This document shows, one piece after another, positions 1 to 11,489 of a DNA stretch of 64,000 nucleotides. Position 1 is the stretch's first letter. Each line of letters opens with the position of its first letter. Source of the stretch: Macrostomum lignano (Eukaryota); contig NIVC01000214.1 of NCBI GenBank assembly GCA_002269645.1, positions 7,559 to 71,558 on the forward strand, written 5' to 3'. The notes beneath the pieces were generated by a model. The model was not told the DNA's origin, did no database searches, and worked only from the letters and a program-made list of their open reading frames with translations. Both the position numbers and the translations under genes were made by a program.

Positions 1-160
1 GTCCTGTCCTGTCCTGTCCTGTCCTGTCCCGTCCTGTCCTGTCCTGTCATGTCATGTCATGTCCTGTCCTGTCCCGTCCCGTCCTGTCCTGTCCCGTCCT
101 GTCCTGTCCTGTCCTGTCCTGTCATGTCATGTCCTGTCCTGTCCCGTCCTGCCATGTCCT
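1..160. repeat. (GTCCT)n pentanucleotide microsatellite with GTCAT/GTCCC variants
   Basis: Direct inspection; accounts for the spurious ORFs at 54 and 59. Confidence 0.95.
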
Positions 161-417
161 TTCCTGTCCGCTGAGTTTATCCGTCTCCTTTTTCACGTCG
201 CCGTATCTAATTTACTGTATGACAGTGTCAAAAATGCACTCCCCAGCAGTTTCGCGGCCGCATTGGAGGGCTCGCTGGGCGGCCAATCCCGCAAGACGAC
301 CCTGCCTGGCCGTGTGCAGTGCGGCCTATAAAAACCGATGGTTTCTGAAAGTCCCGTCCCGAATTGCGACGAAAACAGACGAGCAGCGCGCTGACCCGAG
401 CGAGCCAGCAGCTCCGA

Positions 418-1602
418 ATGGGCAACACAACAAATGCGCAGTGCACGGATCACTCTCTGCCGGAGTCTCCCCTAGTAGCGATCGGTTCTCTGGCTTTCTA
501 CTCCACCCTGGGCGTGCTCGGACTGTTCGGCAACATCCACGTCATCCTCGTGTTCGCCTCCAGTCGGGAGAAGAGTCTGCGCTTCCTCATCACGGTACTG
601 TCGGCCATGGATCTGTTTATATCGGCAGTGGTGCTGCCCACCGACTGCTACCGGGTGTACAATGACTACCTGGCCAGCAAGTACGAGCTGAAGGCCACTA
701 ATCACTGGTTCAGCACCGTGATTCTGTCGTCCAGGTATGCGGCGTTCGAGATGGAGGCCTGGATTCTGGTATTCATCGCAGTGGACCGCTACCTGTGCAT
801 CGTGAAGGCCAGTCAGCAAGGCCTTACCTACAAGAAGACCCTATGCGCCCTGTTCGCCGCCGCGCTGAGTCTTCTGCTCCTAGAGGTGTGCAACGTGACA
901 AGCCACTACCTAATTGAAGACCAGTGCGGCCTGAAGCTCCAGCTGGAGTCCTACCTGCTGTACTTCTACGGCGCACTCGGCACCCTGTCAGTGCTGGTTG
1001 TCATGTCGCTTTATATCAGAATTTTCACCTTCGTGGCCTCCATGGAGAGGCGGCGCAGTTCGAAGCGCAAAGTCACCAAGCAGACGCTGGCGCTGCTGTC
1101 CAGGGCGGACGAAGTCGGCGCGACCAGCAACTGCGGGGACCTCGGCGGCGGTGGCGACGGCGCTGGCGACAAAAATCTTCAAGGTACCGCCAGCTACGCT
1201 TTGGAAACATCTTTAAAACCGACCAGCTGCTCGCTTCAGGTGACAGCCGACGGTCCAACCGGGTTTAACGGCATCTCCGAGTGTCCCAGCAGCAGCTTCG
1301 TCAGCAATGCGCTGCCGCCGCAGTCGGCGACCGCCGCCGCCGCCGCTGCCGCCGCCACCACCGAGTCATGGTTCCCCAAGAAGCTGGCCTGGATGCTGTT
1401 CGGCGCCACCGTGCTGTTCTACGGCAGCATGCTGCCGATGATCCTCATCAACTTCAAGCTGCTGCCGGACTCGCCGCTGCACCGCATTTTCTATTTGAAC
1501 ACGTCGCTGAACTTTTTCGTCTACGCCATGATGAACTCGAAGTTCAGAGAGGAGCTGCGCAGAATTTACAGCAGGGCCTGCAGGTGCCGCTGCGAGCAGT
1601 GA
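418..1602 (+). CDS. Intronless class A (rhodopsin-like) GPCR, divergent/orphan, 394 aa
   Basis: ATG at 418 (MGNTT, N-glycosylation sequon). Seven hydrophobic segments with GN (TM1), LSAMDL (TM2), AVDRY (TM3), LPMI (TM6) and NTSLNFFVYAMMNSKFR (TM7/H8), a long ICL3 and a Cys-rich C-tail. GC-rich codon usage. Confidence 0.9.
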   Translation: MGNTTNAQCTDHSLPESPLVAIGSLAFYSTLGVLGLFGNIHVILVFASSREKSLRFLITVLSAMDLFISAVVLPTDCYRVYNDYLASKYELKATNHWFSTVILSSRYAAFEMEAWILVFIAVDRYLCIVKASQQGLTYKKTLCALFAAALSLLLLEVCNVTSHYLIEDQCGLKLQLESYLLYFYGALGTLSVLVVMSLYIRIFTFVASMERRRSSKRKVTKQTLALLSRADEVGATSNCGDLGGGGDGAGDKNLQGTASYALETSLKPTSCSLQVTADGPTGFNGISECPSSSFVSNALPPQSATAAAAAAAATTESWFPKKLAWMLFGATVLFYGSMLPMILINFKLLPDSPLHRIFYLNTSLNFFVYAMMNSKFREELRRIYSRACRCRCEQ

Positions 1603-1804
1603 CGGAACTGACAGCAGATCCGCCAGCTGCTCAAGCCTGCGCTGAAGCAGGCGTGTCGGAATCGAATGCGAGCCGGGAAAGAAGAGCTTAAAAGACTTTT
1701 GTGTTGTGACTTTTTCTGCTTTCTCTTGAATATAACAACAAGCTGTTGTAAAACTGTGTAACCAGACCAAACTTCTGTAACCAGAGTCGATCAGGATTTT
1801 GAAG

Positions 1805-1985
1805 TGTCGCTCAGGACCCGGAAGCGTCACTTGGGACTCGGAAGCGTCACTTGGAACTCTGAAGCGTCAATTGGGACTCGGAAGAATCACTTGGGACTCG
1901 GAAGCGTCCCTCAAGACTTTGAAGCGTCACTTAGGACCCAAAAGCGCCACTTGAGACTCGATAACGCTTCCCAAGACTTGAATGT
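1805..1985. repeat. Degenerate tandem repeat built on GAAGCGTCACTTGGGACTCG
   Basis: Several imperfect copies just downstream of the GPCR. Confidence 0.6.
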
Positions 1986-2660
1986 GTCCTTTCTAACAGC
2001 TAGAAAAAGTTTCCTGTCATTCCTGCCCAAGATAGCCACATGCATATCAATAATTCTGTCTGTGTGAAGCCAATGGTTCCTAACTTTGTTCTTTTTCTCA
2101 AAACGATAGAGAAATCTAGGTATTGTAGCCCGACTATAAACTACGGCTCGTAAGTCAGAATCGCACTGTAAACGGACTCGCAGTTTCGTCTTGTTTCGAT
2201 AATCAAAAACTAGAAAAATAAACCGTTTTCCTTTGAAAATAGCTAACAGAAATTTATCAACAATCCTTTTCTAATTACTATATGAAATTTTATTTTTAAA
2301 CGAATGGAATTACGGTTGTATTTTTGCTTGTTATCTTCTCGGCAGTGTTAGTCCGAACCGCTATGAGCAGAAGCGCGAGACTGCCGGATTCCCGACAAAC
2401 TGATCATGCAAATGCGATGCTTTTAGTATATAGGGGAACCGAGCTGGATAAAATAATGTTACAATTATAGTGAATTCGTGGCCACCCAATAATTCATCAT
2501 CGCAATCCCGTGTCCGCATTTCGGCTGCTGAGTCTGCTTGCAGCGGCTAGAAATACGCTAGAAATGGCCGTGTGTTGTTAAAGTATACGCGTCTGAGGCT
2601 TCTGCTGCTGGGGTTGGGAATGAGACGGATACTCGTAACACTGATGGGATAATTAGATAT

Positions 2661-2713
<53 letters not shown>

Positions 2714-2718
2714 AAGAC

Positions 2719-2753
<35 letters not shown>

Positions 2754-2756
2754 CTA

Positions 2757-2789
<33 letters not shown>

Positions 2790-2888
2790 CTAAGACAGAC
2801 AGACACTAAGACAGACAGACACTAAGACAGACAGACAGACAGACACTAAGACAGACAGACAGACAGACAATAAGACAGACAGACACTA

Positions 2889-2921
<33 letters not shown>

Positions 2922-3003
2922 CTAAGACAGACAGACAGACAGACAATAAGACAGACAGACACTAAGACAGACAGACAGACAGACAGACAGTAAGACAGAC
3001 AGA
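2661..3003. repeat. (ACAG)n microsatellite interrupted by ACTAAG/ATAAG
   Basis: Direct inspection. Confidence 0.95.
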
Positions 3004-3714
3004 TAGAATCCGTTGATCGCCGCTTCGCTAAGATGCTTAGAGACGCGCACTTGATTGCAGAACTTGACTTCACTCAGCTGCTCGGACTTGAGTGTTGGCA
3101 ATAATTTTCAAGAATTTCAATCAATGCCGCACTGCACAATGGCTTAGGTAGTGCAGCTTGACCGATGCGAATCCAGCCCTAGCAGAGCATGTGTTTGCAC
3201 TGGGCCGTGTCAATACTGAGCCCGCTAATTGAGGATTATCCGTTGGCATTAGTTAAACAGAAGATTACACCTGCCTCAGACGACCGCTCTGACAGAGAGC
3301 AATTCAGAGCTTATGGGCCTTGATTTAAACAAGCGCAGCTGCATCACCACAGAATAACCGCAGCGGGTAGGCAGAGGGCCAAATGCGTTGAGCAAGCCGG
3401 GAGATTTACTGCCAGCTCAGCTCTATACGCATTGGAGCAGCGGCACTGTTAAGCGGCTAAAGCTCAACCAGAATTTATGAGGCATTTTAGTTTGTATGCA
3501 ATAGCTATCTTATCTTATATAGCGCTTCTGCAGCTATCCAGAGCTTTCGCCAGCTTTCCCCTGCTATCCCGCCACAGCAGTTCGTGCCGTTGCTAAAGAG
3601 CCGCAGGGTTCTCCCCAGAAACTCTGCCAGCGTACTGGACTTGGCGTGGGGAGTTCGGATGGAAGGAAAGTGATGGGGAAAGAAAATTTGTCCGCTTTGA
3701 TCCCCGGCGAAATC

Positions 3715-3716
3715 TG

Positions 3717-3781
<65 letters not shown>

Positions 3782-3815
3782 ATATCCATCTATCTATCTA
3801 TCTATCTATCTATCC

Positions 3816-3907
<92 letters not shown>

Positions 3908-3915
3908 ATCTATCA
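3715..3915. repeat. (TATC)n microsatellite
   Basis: Direct inspection. Confidence 0.95.
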
Positions 3916-4995
3916 TCTGTCTAAAAAACAAATGCCCTCTCCTGTCCAACAAGAGTGTCTCCATAAAAACTCGGCGCCCACAGCGGGAAGCGTGGACCAA
4001 AGCAGGGACATGGCAGTGTGCTCCGGCCAACCGCGCGGCTCGACCTTCTTTATGAACGCCCCGCACGGAGTAGGCAGGGGACCGGCTCTGGCCAACAGGA
4101 AATTGTCTGTCCGGGAACCCGTTTGTGGGCAATAAATATCCAGCAGCTACGGAAGCTTTTGAAACTCGCACAGCCAGCTAAGTCGGGGCGGTTAACTTTA
4201 ATACCGATGAAAGCTAGCAGCAACAGAAATGAGAGGCACTTTTTGCTTTATTGTCTGTCTCTCTAAAGCCAAACGATTAATTATGGTCCTAGTTTATTAA
4301 AATATCATTAATGGGAATTGCGCTAAAGCGCTGGCTTTAATTGGCGACTTCCGGGACAGCTGAACGCACAGAGCACCTGCTAATCCACACTCTTGTCCGG
4401 CCAAGAATTTCGAAATTTGCAAAAGTGCAATCGGCTGCATATTATAGTCTAGAAAATAGATCAGCGGAAAATTGCCTCTGGCGACTCTCGTGCCACGACC
4501 CCTGGGCTCGACCGGGAGGTTGTCGAGCGATTCACACCTACATGTATGTGGGCCAGTCCCAAGGCACAAAGTATACATGTCTAACGATTAGAAAGCGAGA
4601 CAGCCGCTGCACATTCTGTATCAGTGTGTATGAGTGCGTGCCTGTATCGACGATCAGGAGTCAGCGAAATGGGCAGAATTGCAGTCAGCGCTGCTTGCGG
4701 GACGATGTCGCAGGCGTTGCACCAGAGGGCCCACAGCCCTCCTGTAAATGAACGCTTATGAATAACTGGTTTTTATTTAATCAAACTATTTACGCCTTAA
4801 TCAAACTATCGATACGATATTTATTGAAAACGTGGACAGATCAAGTCTTATATTTTCTAAGAAACGAGCTGGATGCCGGCAGTGGTGTGATTGGCAAAGG
4901 GCCATTTTTTCGCGCCTCAAAAAAATTCGCGCCATTGTTTACTAGTTTAAATAACATGCTAACTACATATATGTACATGTAGAAAACCCATATTT

Positions 4996-5450
4996 TTATG
5001 GTTTTTGCTTCTTTTTTCCAGCACTAAGGATCAATCCTTGCTGTGGCAGTACTTTACCACTGATAAAAGTTTGGCCTGCACAACTAAAAGCGAGCAGCAA
5101 ATGTCCTTGGACAAAAATGGGTGTCAAAATTTCATGGTATTTGATTTCTAAACTTTTTTGAAGGACACTCTGGGGCAGGCAATGGCTATTCCTAACTTCC
5201 TGCTCAACAGCCTTCCATTTCAGCACTTGCTCAGCAATTCTTTCAGCTTCCTTCAATTTCTTCTGCTGGAGCTTGCATTTCTCCTGTCGAAGCTGTTCCA
5301 ACTCTTGATCCTTCTCCTTGTTACGAGTCAGCTCCAGCAGCAGTCGTTGGAGCTCCCTTCAGTCTGCTTCCGTTTTGACTGGATCTCGTCTTCTTTCATT
5401 TTCAGCTGCTGCTCCAGATCCAGATTTGCATGTATTGTACACCATAACAT
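4996..5450 (-). pseudogene. Disrupted coiled-coil coding fragment of unknown origin
   Basis: Heptad-like E/Q/K/L-rich translation (NLDLEQQLKMKEDEIQSK... and RELQRLLLELTRNKEKDQELEQLRQEKCKLQQKKLKEAE) split between two frames, with an in-frame TGA. Confidence 0.3.
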
Positions 5451-8400
5451 AAAGTTTAAATTTGAATAAAGCGTGCGTGAATAGACTAAACGTGATCAGT
5501 TCAAAATGAAACTTCGAAAATTGAAAAATCGCGCCTCTGCTTGACGAAAATTCGCGCCTGCCCTCAGAAATCGCATATTCGCGCCTTTTTCGCGCCTGGC
5601 GCGAATTCGCTCCTCAATCACACCACTGCCGGTAAGGAACGCATAGTGCTGAATGGGGTTTCGCCATAGACAAATGCGTGCTAGAAAAATCCCCTTCTTT
5701 CTAAGAAACAACCTGCTCATGGTAAAGAAAATCGGGCATAGCGTCATTCTAATCCAGCTGTCCATGATAGAAAATTACTTGAGAAGATTACTTCTATCTT
5801 GAGACTTTATTTGCTCGATACAAAAGTAGCAAATAACGTATTTCGCAACTAAATCACTTTCAGAATTTGTTTTAACTTTAGCTAAACTTTTGTGAAAATG
5901 AGCTGGAGGCTGGTAATGGAGCGTATACCTGTCGTATCACTCAACTGATATTATAATGGCTAATGCAAGAGGATCAAGGAAGACTGCAGTTTCCAGATGA
6001 AGCCTTCCAAACTAGCTCAAATGCACGATAATGGTTTTTGCGTCAGAATTCCCACAACAGAGTCGAATTCACGATCCTCTCTTCCCCGATCAAACTAGAA
6101 AGCACTATACCGTACACTCTACAACAACTGGGGGATAGGATAAGGGATGAGGGAAAACCCACAGCGATGACAGTTTGTTTAACTAGGAACCCGAGTCAGG
6201 TCGACAATGCAAGAGTGAATCTGTTATACGTTATGCCTGCTAATACAAACAAATTCCCATCCAGCGTTCACAACTTGCTGAATTCATTTTCAGGATGCAC
6301 TTTTGTCAAACCGCCGCATAAAGAGGCTATTGATAGTAGAAGTTGGCTGGAGCGGTTCAAATAGCAACAAAAAGTTCACGAAAGGTCGCACGAGCCCGTA
6401 GCTAAGGATTGATTTCTTCCTTCTCTTCCCACTCTGCAGCTTCGCTTCTGCCGTCCAAGCCAGCAAACACTAGTAGTGGGCTCAGCTGCAATTTATCAAC
6501 TATGCGCTGGACGTACAGGAGCCGTCAGACTCCCGCATGCGCCACTCCTAAACCAGCCAAACTGCGCGATCGAGCTAATAAAAGAGAATCGGCCACAAAA
6601 TTATTCTATTTCTACTAGCAGTAGTTTACAATCTTAGTAGCATTATAATTTATTTACACTTCGATCGGCGACTGATGATCTTTTCTTTGATCACAAAATC
6701 AATGATAGCATTTGATCTGGCTAGGTCAGTGAAGATGACCATTTCTTTAATTTAGCATGCGCAACATGCTACTCTGTTTGTATTTTATACAGCTGTGCAT
6801 GCAGTGAAAGTTTCATTTTCATAATGACACAATCTTTGATTTTCACGTCCTGTTATACTACAGTGGACCTTACGATTGCATACTACCTCGCGCACTTATT
6901 CACTGCGATACTATTTTAATTGTTGTTTAAACGCGAAAACAAATAAAGACAAAAATCCAGTTTGCAATAAAAATGGAATTATTTTTGTCATTATTAGATC
7001 AGCTGGAGTCAACAAACTCCGAGCACTGCAATGAGAATATTGCATTCTGTTTGCTTTGCGTGTTAGTTGACGCAGCACATTGCGCTTAAAAAACACAAAA
7101 CGCAGAGTATAGAGAAATCAATTTGTTGCATTTAAAAAAAGTGAATATGAACAAGTTCAATTGACAATTAGCAAGCCATTAAAAATTGTGGAGGGCAATG
7201 GACAAAAAAACTGGACTATATAGATTTTACTGCCGAATATGACGAATATGGCCTTGCTTCAATTAAAGTTTAAACAGACTGATTATATAGAAAGCACTAA
7301 TTAGTATGAGTAAAGGTAAAAGCATTATGTTGATTCAGACTGAAATTACGAAACGTGCTTTAATTATACATGTCCAAATCTGGTCGTTCTTGAATTTGAA
7401 AGCAGCATATTATATTGAAAAGTTAAAATAAGACCAAACTATCCAAATACCTTACTTCCTTAAATCATTTGATGGTGCATGTGCTACTTAACTACTGCCA
7501 ATTCAGTAGTATGATCTCTCTTTCCCTCAATTTCCTATTGGCTCATTTTATCTGCTTTTCATCGTTCGTGCCATTCCACGCAAACTGCACCCCGTCGCTT
7601 CTTTGCCACCTCTCCATTTTGTTTTTTATTGTCCCCATCGCAGGGTGGGGGGGGGTTAAGCAGCCATGTACATTATCTGCTGCGCTGACCAATGTACACT
7701 GATTGTTCACCACACACGAATAACAAAATGTGTCACGTGATTCTCTCTCTCTCTCTTTCGGGTCATTTTATTGGTTGAATTCCCTAGAGGAAAACAACTG
7801 CTTTTTTACTTGCTACTGAATCAAAAGTACAAAAGGACAATTGGAAAATTTATAAATGTGTAGTTTAATTTTACTAATTTCTACAGAGGAAATTGCGGCA
7901 CAAAAATTCGCGAGTGAGTGAGCAATTAAAAAATACATTTTTTGAGTAGTGAGTTAATTAAAGCTTGATAAGGGGAGAGTACAGAAGTTGCAAATGATAA
8001 AGCTCATCATGCAGGCTGATACATGTAGTTAATGCACCGGCAGTATAATGCAAGTCACACATCATTTACAATTATTCACAATACTGCATGCACTAAATAA
8101 AGTCAGGGAAGATGCTACGTAGCCATGATGATTTAATCATGCTGACTAAAGTTTATTATGCCAATAAAAACCATATTTATGCATTGCAAAAAACGATATA
8201 AACAACTATTGATTAAAACAGATTGATTCCACTTTTTCATCAAGAAACTAACAACAATTTTTGGACTAGAAAATAAAAACAAACTACTTATATAATCAGT
8301 GCATACTTTTAAACACACAAATATATGTTATATACGAGGCACTGACTATTGGTGCTTATCAAACAAAATATCAGCTAGAAAGATGGAAAATATATAAATA

Positions 8401-8979
8401 TAATATTTGAACAGAAAAAACCTGTTTTGGACCAAAATGAGACAGTTGGTAAAAATAATTTATGCTTAATTCCTACAAAATTGAAGATTAATTCATCTAA
8501 TGTGAGAATTTATTCCAGAGGCGCTAAGCGGCAATAAATAATGATAAAAATCCATTAATAGTTTTATGCGAATAGCTTAAAACACAGGGTGGCAATACAT
8601 GCGTGATGTGTAGCCGATGCTCTTGACATGCAAAAAATATTCGAAACAGAGCTCATAAGCACACAGTTGCCGATAAATAACAAAAAAGGCACACAACTAG
8701 TCGAGTGGTTGAGCTGGCCTATTATTAAAAAAATTTTCAGTTTCAATCAATGCTGATTGTATTGCCGTTGTTAAAACATCAATTAAAACAATTTGAAAGA
8801 CTCTTAATTAGTAAAATCCCAAATCTAGTCGCTTTGTTCTTAATCTGCTAATTACTATAAACATACTACTTTTTTCAGTAGTTTGTCCACTCACGCACTA
8901 GATTAGGGTTGTTCATGTGTTTCTCCAGTTTTCAGTCAGTAGACATGTAAAATTCAATAAATATTTGTTCTAGTCTGCA

Positions 8980-9280
8980 TTAATAATAATAATAATTGAT
9001 TACAACTGCCCTAATGGCCAGATGTGCAACCGACAGCTCAGCCGCAGCTATTGTGCGGCGCATCTGAAGGCTGCGTACGGCTGTTCAGTCCAAGGACTGG
9101 GGGGTCACCACACCCAAAATTACCCCAGCTAATGCTGGCACCCATTTTACAGCTGTGTGAACTGAAGCAACGCAGAGTTAAGTGTCTTGCTCAAGAACAC
9201 AAAGTGTTCCAGTGGGATCAGGAATCGAACCCCCGACCTTTAAGTCGTGAGTCTGACGCTCTAACCACTAGGCTGCAACA
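8980..9280 (-). mobile_element. tRNA-derived SINE with CORE-like central domain and (ATT)n tail
   Basis: Minus strand has an A box (TAGTGGTTAGAG) and a B box (GGTTCGATTCC), then TGTGTTCTTGAGCAAGACACTTAACTCT...TTCAGTTCACACAGCTGTAAAATGGG (resembles the MIR/CORE domain) and an (ATT)n tail. TCTGCA direct repeat at 8974-8979 and 9281-9286. The anticodon stem does not pair, so it is not a functional tRNA. Confidence 0.85.
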
Positions 9281-9680
9281 TCTGCACTACAGCCTGCACT
9301 ACAGCTATTATAAAGGCAAAAAAACGCGTCTTGCTACTGAAAAAAAGTAGAAGAAGCGCATTTTGCGAGTGAAATATTCAGTTATTCTTGCATCCGTGCT
9401 GTTTACCACTTGGACTTAAAGTTAGACATGTTATTAATATCGTATCTTAACATTTGTAAACGGTCCATACTACTTACATGTACTATTGAAGAAGTAGTTT
9501 AGGTTAGACACATCTACCCGATATCTAGTCAAGAAGGGACATTTTCACAAGCCCTTGTATTTTATAAACGATTAAATAATAAACAGTTTTATTTGAACCT
9601 CCGCCCTATTTCAACCCACAGGACACCATTGGCCGGACATGTACTATTAGCACAGACAAGGATGCACCATATTATGATAA

Positions 9681-10721
9681 TCAGCCAGTCAGATCAGCCA
9701 GGGCCAGCTCGCACTGCGGAGCGCAGCACCTGAACCGGCAGCGGCGCAGCCTCAGGCCAGCCAGCAGGCGGTCAGTGAGCAGCAGCTGCTCAAGCCGGCG
9801 GGCTACAGTCTCGCTGGACAGATTGGCCAAGAACCGGCGCAGACAGTCGGCCGTGGTGGCAGCCAGCTGGATCTGCAGGCCGCAGTAGGGATCAGAGCCA
9901 GCCTCCAGGCACAGCAGGCCGCAGTCCTGCTCCAGATAGCGGACCAGGCGCTGCTCGGAGTCGGCCAGCACGGCCTGATAGAGCTCGGCCGATTTTTCGG
10001 CCAGCAGGCGGGCCTTTCGGACCAGCAGACCATCGGCTGCGCTGTCAGCAGCTGCAACCAACGAGTCGTTGCCGTCGAGTTGCTGCTGATGCTGGGCCAA
10101 ATACTTTCGATTCGAACTGCTCAGCATTGATTTTTTAGAAGCCGCCACAGACTGCGGCGTCAGCATCTGAGGCGTCGCCGCCGCCGCAGCAGCAGCTGCA
10201 GGTCGCTGACGCTTTCGCCGTCGACTAGAAAAGGGGAAACGAAATAGTCGACTGCAACAGCCGCCGAAGCAGCCGCAGCCTCCGCCGCTGTCATCGGTGC
10301 GGCCAGCCGCCGCGGCCGTCAAAGTAGAGCAGAGCCGGCTGTCCTCGCCAACGGCCAGACTGACCAGATCGTCAACTGATCGGTTGAGCGCCTCGACGCT
10401 GATCCAGCAGGAGGCCGGCCGGTCGCCGCCAGCCGCCGGCGTGGAAACCAACACGGGGCCAGCTGCGGCGGCAGTGAACAGGCCGAAGTCGGCCGGGCAC
10501 ACCTGTATAGCGCTGACCTCCACTGTTAGCGCGAACTGGCCGCGTCTTCGGCCAGTCAGCCTTGCAGCCGAAGCCGACGTCGATAGAGGGGCGTCGATCC
10601 GACGCTCGACATCGTAGCGATTAGCCAGGTCGAGGCGGCCGGCGCAACGAAGCGCGTTGACCAAGAGGCCGCGTACAGCCGGCGGAGAGATGTCCAGCAG
10701 AGCGAGCAGCTGGCCGGGCTC
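9681..10721 (-). CDS. DEDD-like death-fold protein, coding exon 2 (C-terminal part of death fold, basic linker, DEDD-C/TRADD-N-like domain)
   Basis: Acceptor CTTCGCAG|GAG at 10722/10721, phase 0. Open frame to TGA at 9681. Motifs LVNALRCAGRLDLA (RxDL) and LRRFLANLSSETVARRLEQLLLTDRLL. Confidence 0.8.
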   Translation of the reverse strand, partial: EPGQLLALLDISPPAVRGLLVNALRCAGRLDLANRYDVERRIDAPLSTSASAARLTGRRRGQFALTVEVSAIQVCPADFGLFTAAAAGPVLVSTPAAGGDRPASCWISVEALNRSVDDLVSLAVGEDSRLCSTLTAAAAGRTDDSGGGCGCFGGCCSRLFRFPFSSRRRKRQRPAAAAAAAATPQMLTPQSVAASKKSMLSSSNRKYLAQHQQQLDGNDSLVAAADSAADGLLVRKARLLAEKSAELYQAVLADSEQRLVRYLEQDCGLLCLEAGSDPYCGLQIQLAATTADCLRRFLANLSSETVARRLEQLLLTDRLLAGLRLRRCRFRCCAPQCELALADLTG

Positions 10722-11062
10722 CTGCGAAGTGTTGTTTTTTGTAGCCCTTTGTCACAATAAGCAGATTGCTTTACTGATGAGTAGCAAGATAAGAATGTAA
10801 AGTGAATTTATTGCAAAAGAAAACAGAATTGACCCATAAACCCTATCGAGAATTCGATTTCGAATCAACAAAAAGAAAAGTTTGAGACAATTTCAAAGTC
10901 AAAGCGTTAGTCAGCTTGCAGCCAGCGAGAGCAGTCATGCTCATTTTGCTGACCTCTGAGCACGCATACGCAGACACACACAGGGTGTACAGCGGCCCTC
11001 ACTCATCAGGTGCTGTACGCAAGCCAATTTTCATGTATGAGCACCAAAATTAATGTGGCGGA

Positions 11063-11290
11063 GGGCCGTAGCCCAGTGGTCTAGCGCGACACTCCTGTGT
11101 ACCAGCGGCCAGGTTCGATTCCCAGGCCCAGTCGCACTAATTTCGGGCTCAATTGGAGTCTCAGCTTGGCTCTGCTTGTGCAAGTAACGTCATTGAAGGC
11201 CAACCCCAAGGCGCAGTGAAGTGTACATGACTAACGATAAAGGGCCCAAGACAGGCTGACAGGTACTGTCAGCCTGACTCATTATTTACT
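11063..11290 (+). mobile_element. Second tRNA-derived SINE family, intronic and antisense to the host gene
   Basis: GGGCCGTAGCCCAGTGGTCTAGCGCG (A box) and GGTTCGATTCCC (B box), followed by a non-tRNA body, a 3' hairpin and a short AT-rich end. The body differs from the SINE at 8980. Confidence 0.75.
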
Positions 11291-11363
11291 ACACCAGAAT
11301 TAGAACTGAATTATTTTTAGTTGAAGACCTGAACTCATTGCTGATAAAAGAAAAATATTTCAC

Positions 11364-11489
11364 CTGCACTAGGCCAGGCTCGAATCTTAGAGCAGCTCTG
11401 TGCAGCCGCAGGTAGTCCTGCACCTGGTCCAGCTCGGCTGACCCAAGCTGCTGCTGTTGATTGGCATCTTCCTCAGCTGCCTTCTCCAT
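11364..11489 (-). CDS. DEDD-like death-fold protein, coding exon 1 (42 codons)
   Basis: ATG at 11489 with an upstream in-frame stop. Donor CAG|GTGAAA at 11364/11363, phase 0, matches exon 2; joined product is 388 aa. An upstream acceptor TTTTGCATTGCAG lies near 11558. Confidence 0.75.

Noticed and set aside
3004-3104. Possible orphan terminal exon (IESVDRRFAKMLRDAHLIAELDFTQLLGLECWQ*)
   Set aside because: The acceptor lies in a microsatellite with no pyrimidine tract; no partner exon or recognisable homology.
9205-9280. tRNA-Val(CAC)-like gene
   Set aside because: Anticodon and acceptor stems do not pair and the sequence continues into a SINE body.
10990-11030. Hammerhead ribozyme (CTGATGAG on the minus strand)
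   Set aside because: No correctly placed GAAA or supporting stems; the same negative result near 52590.
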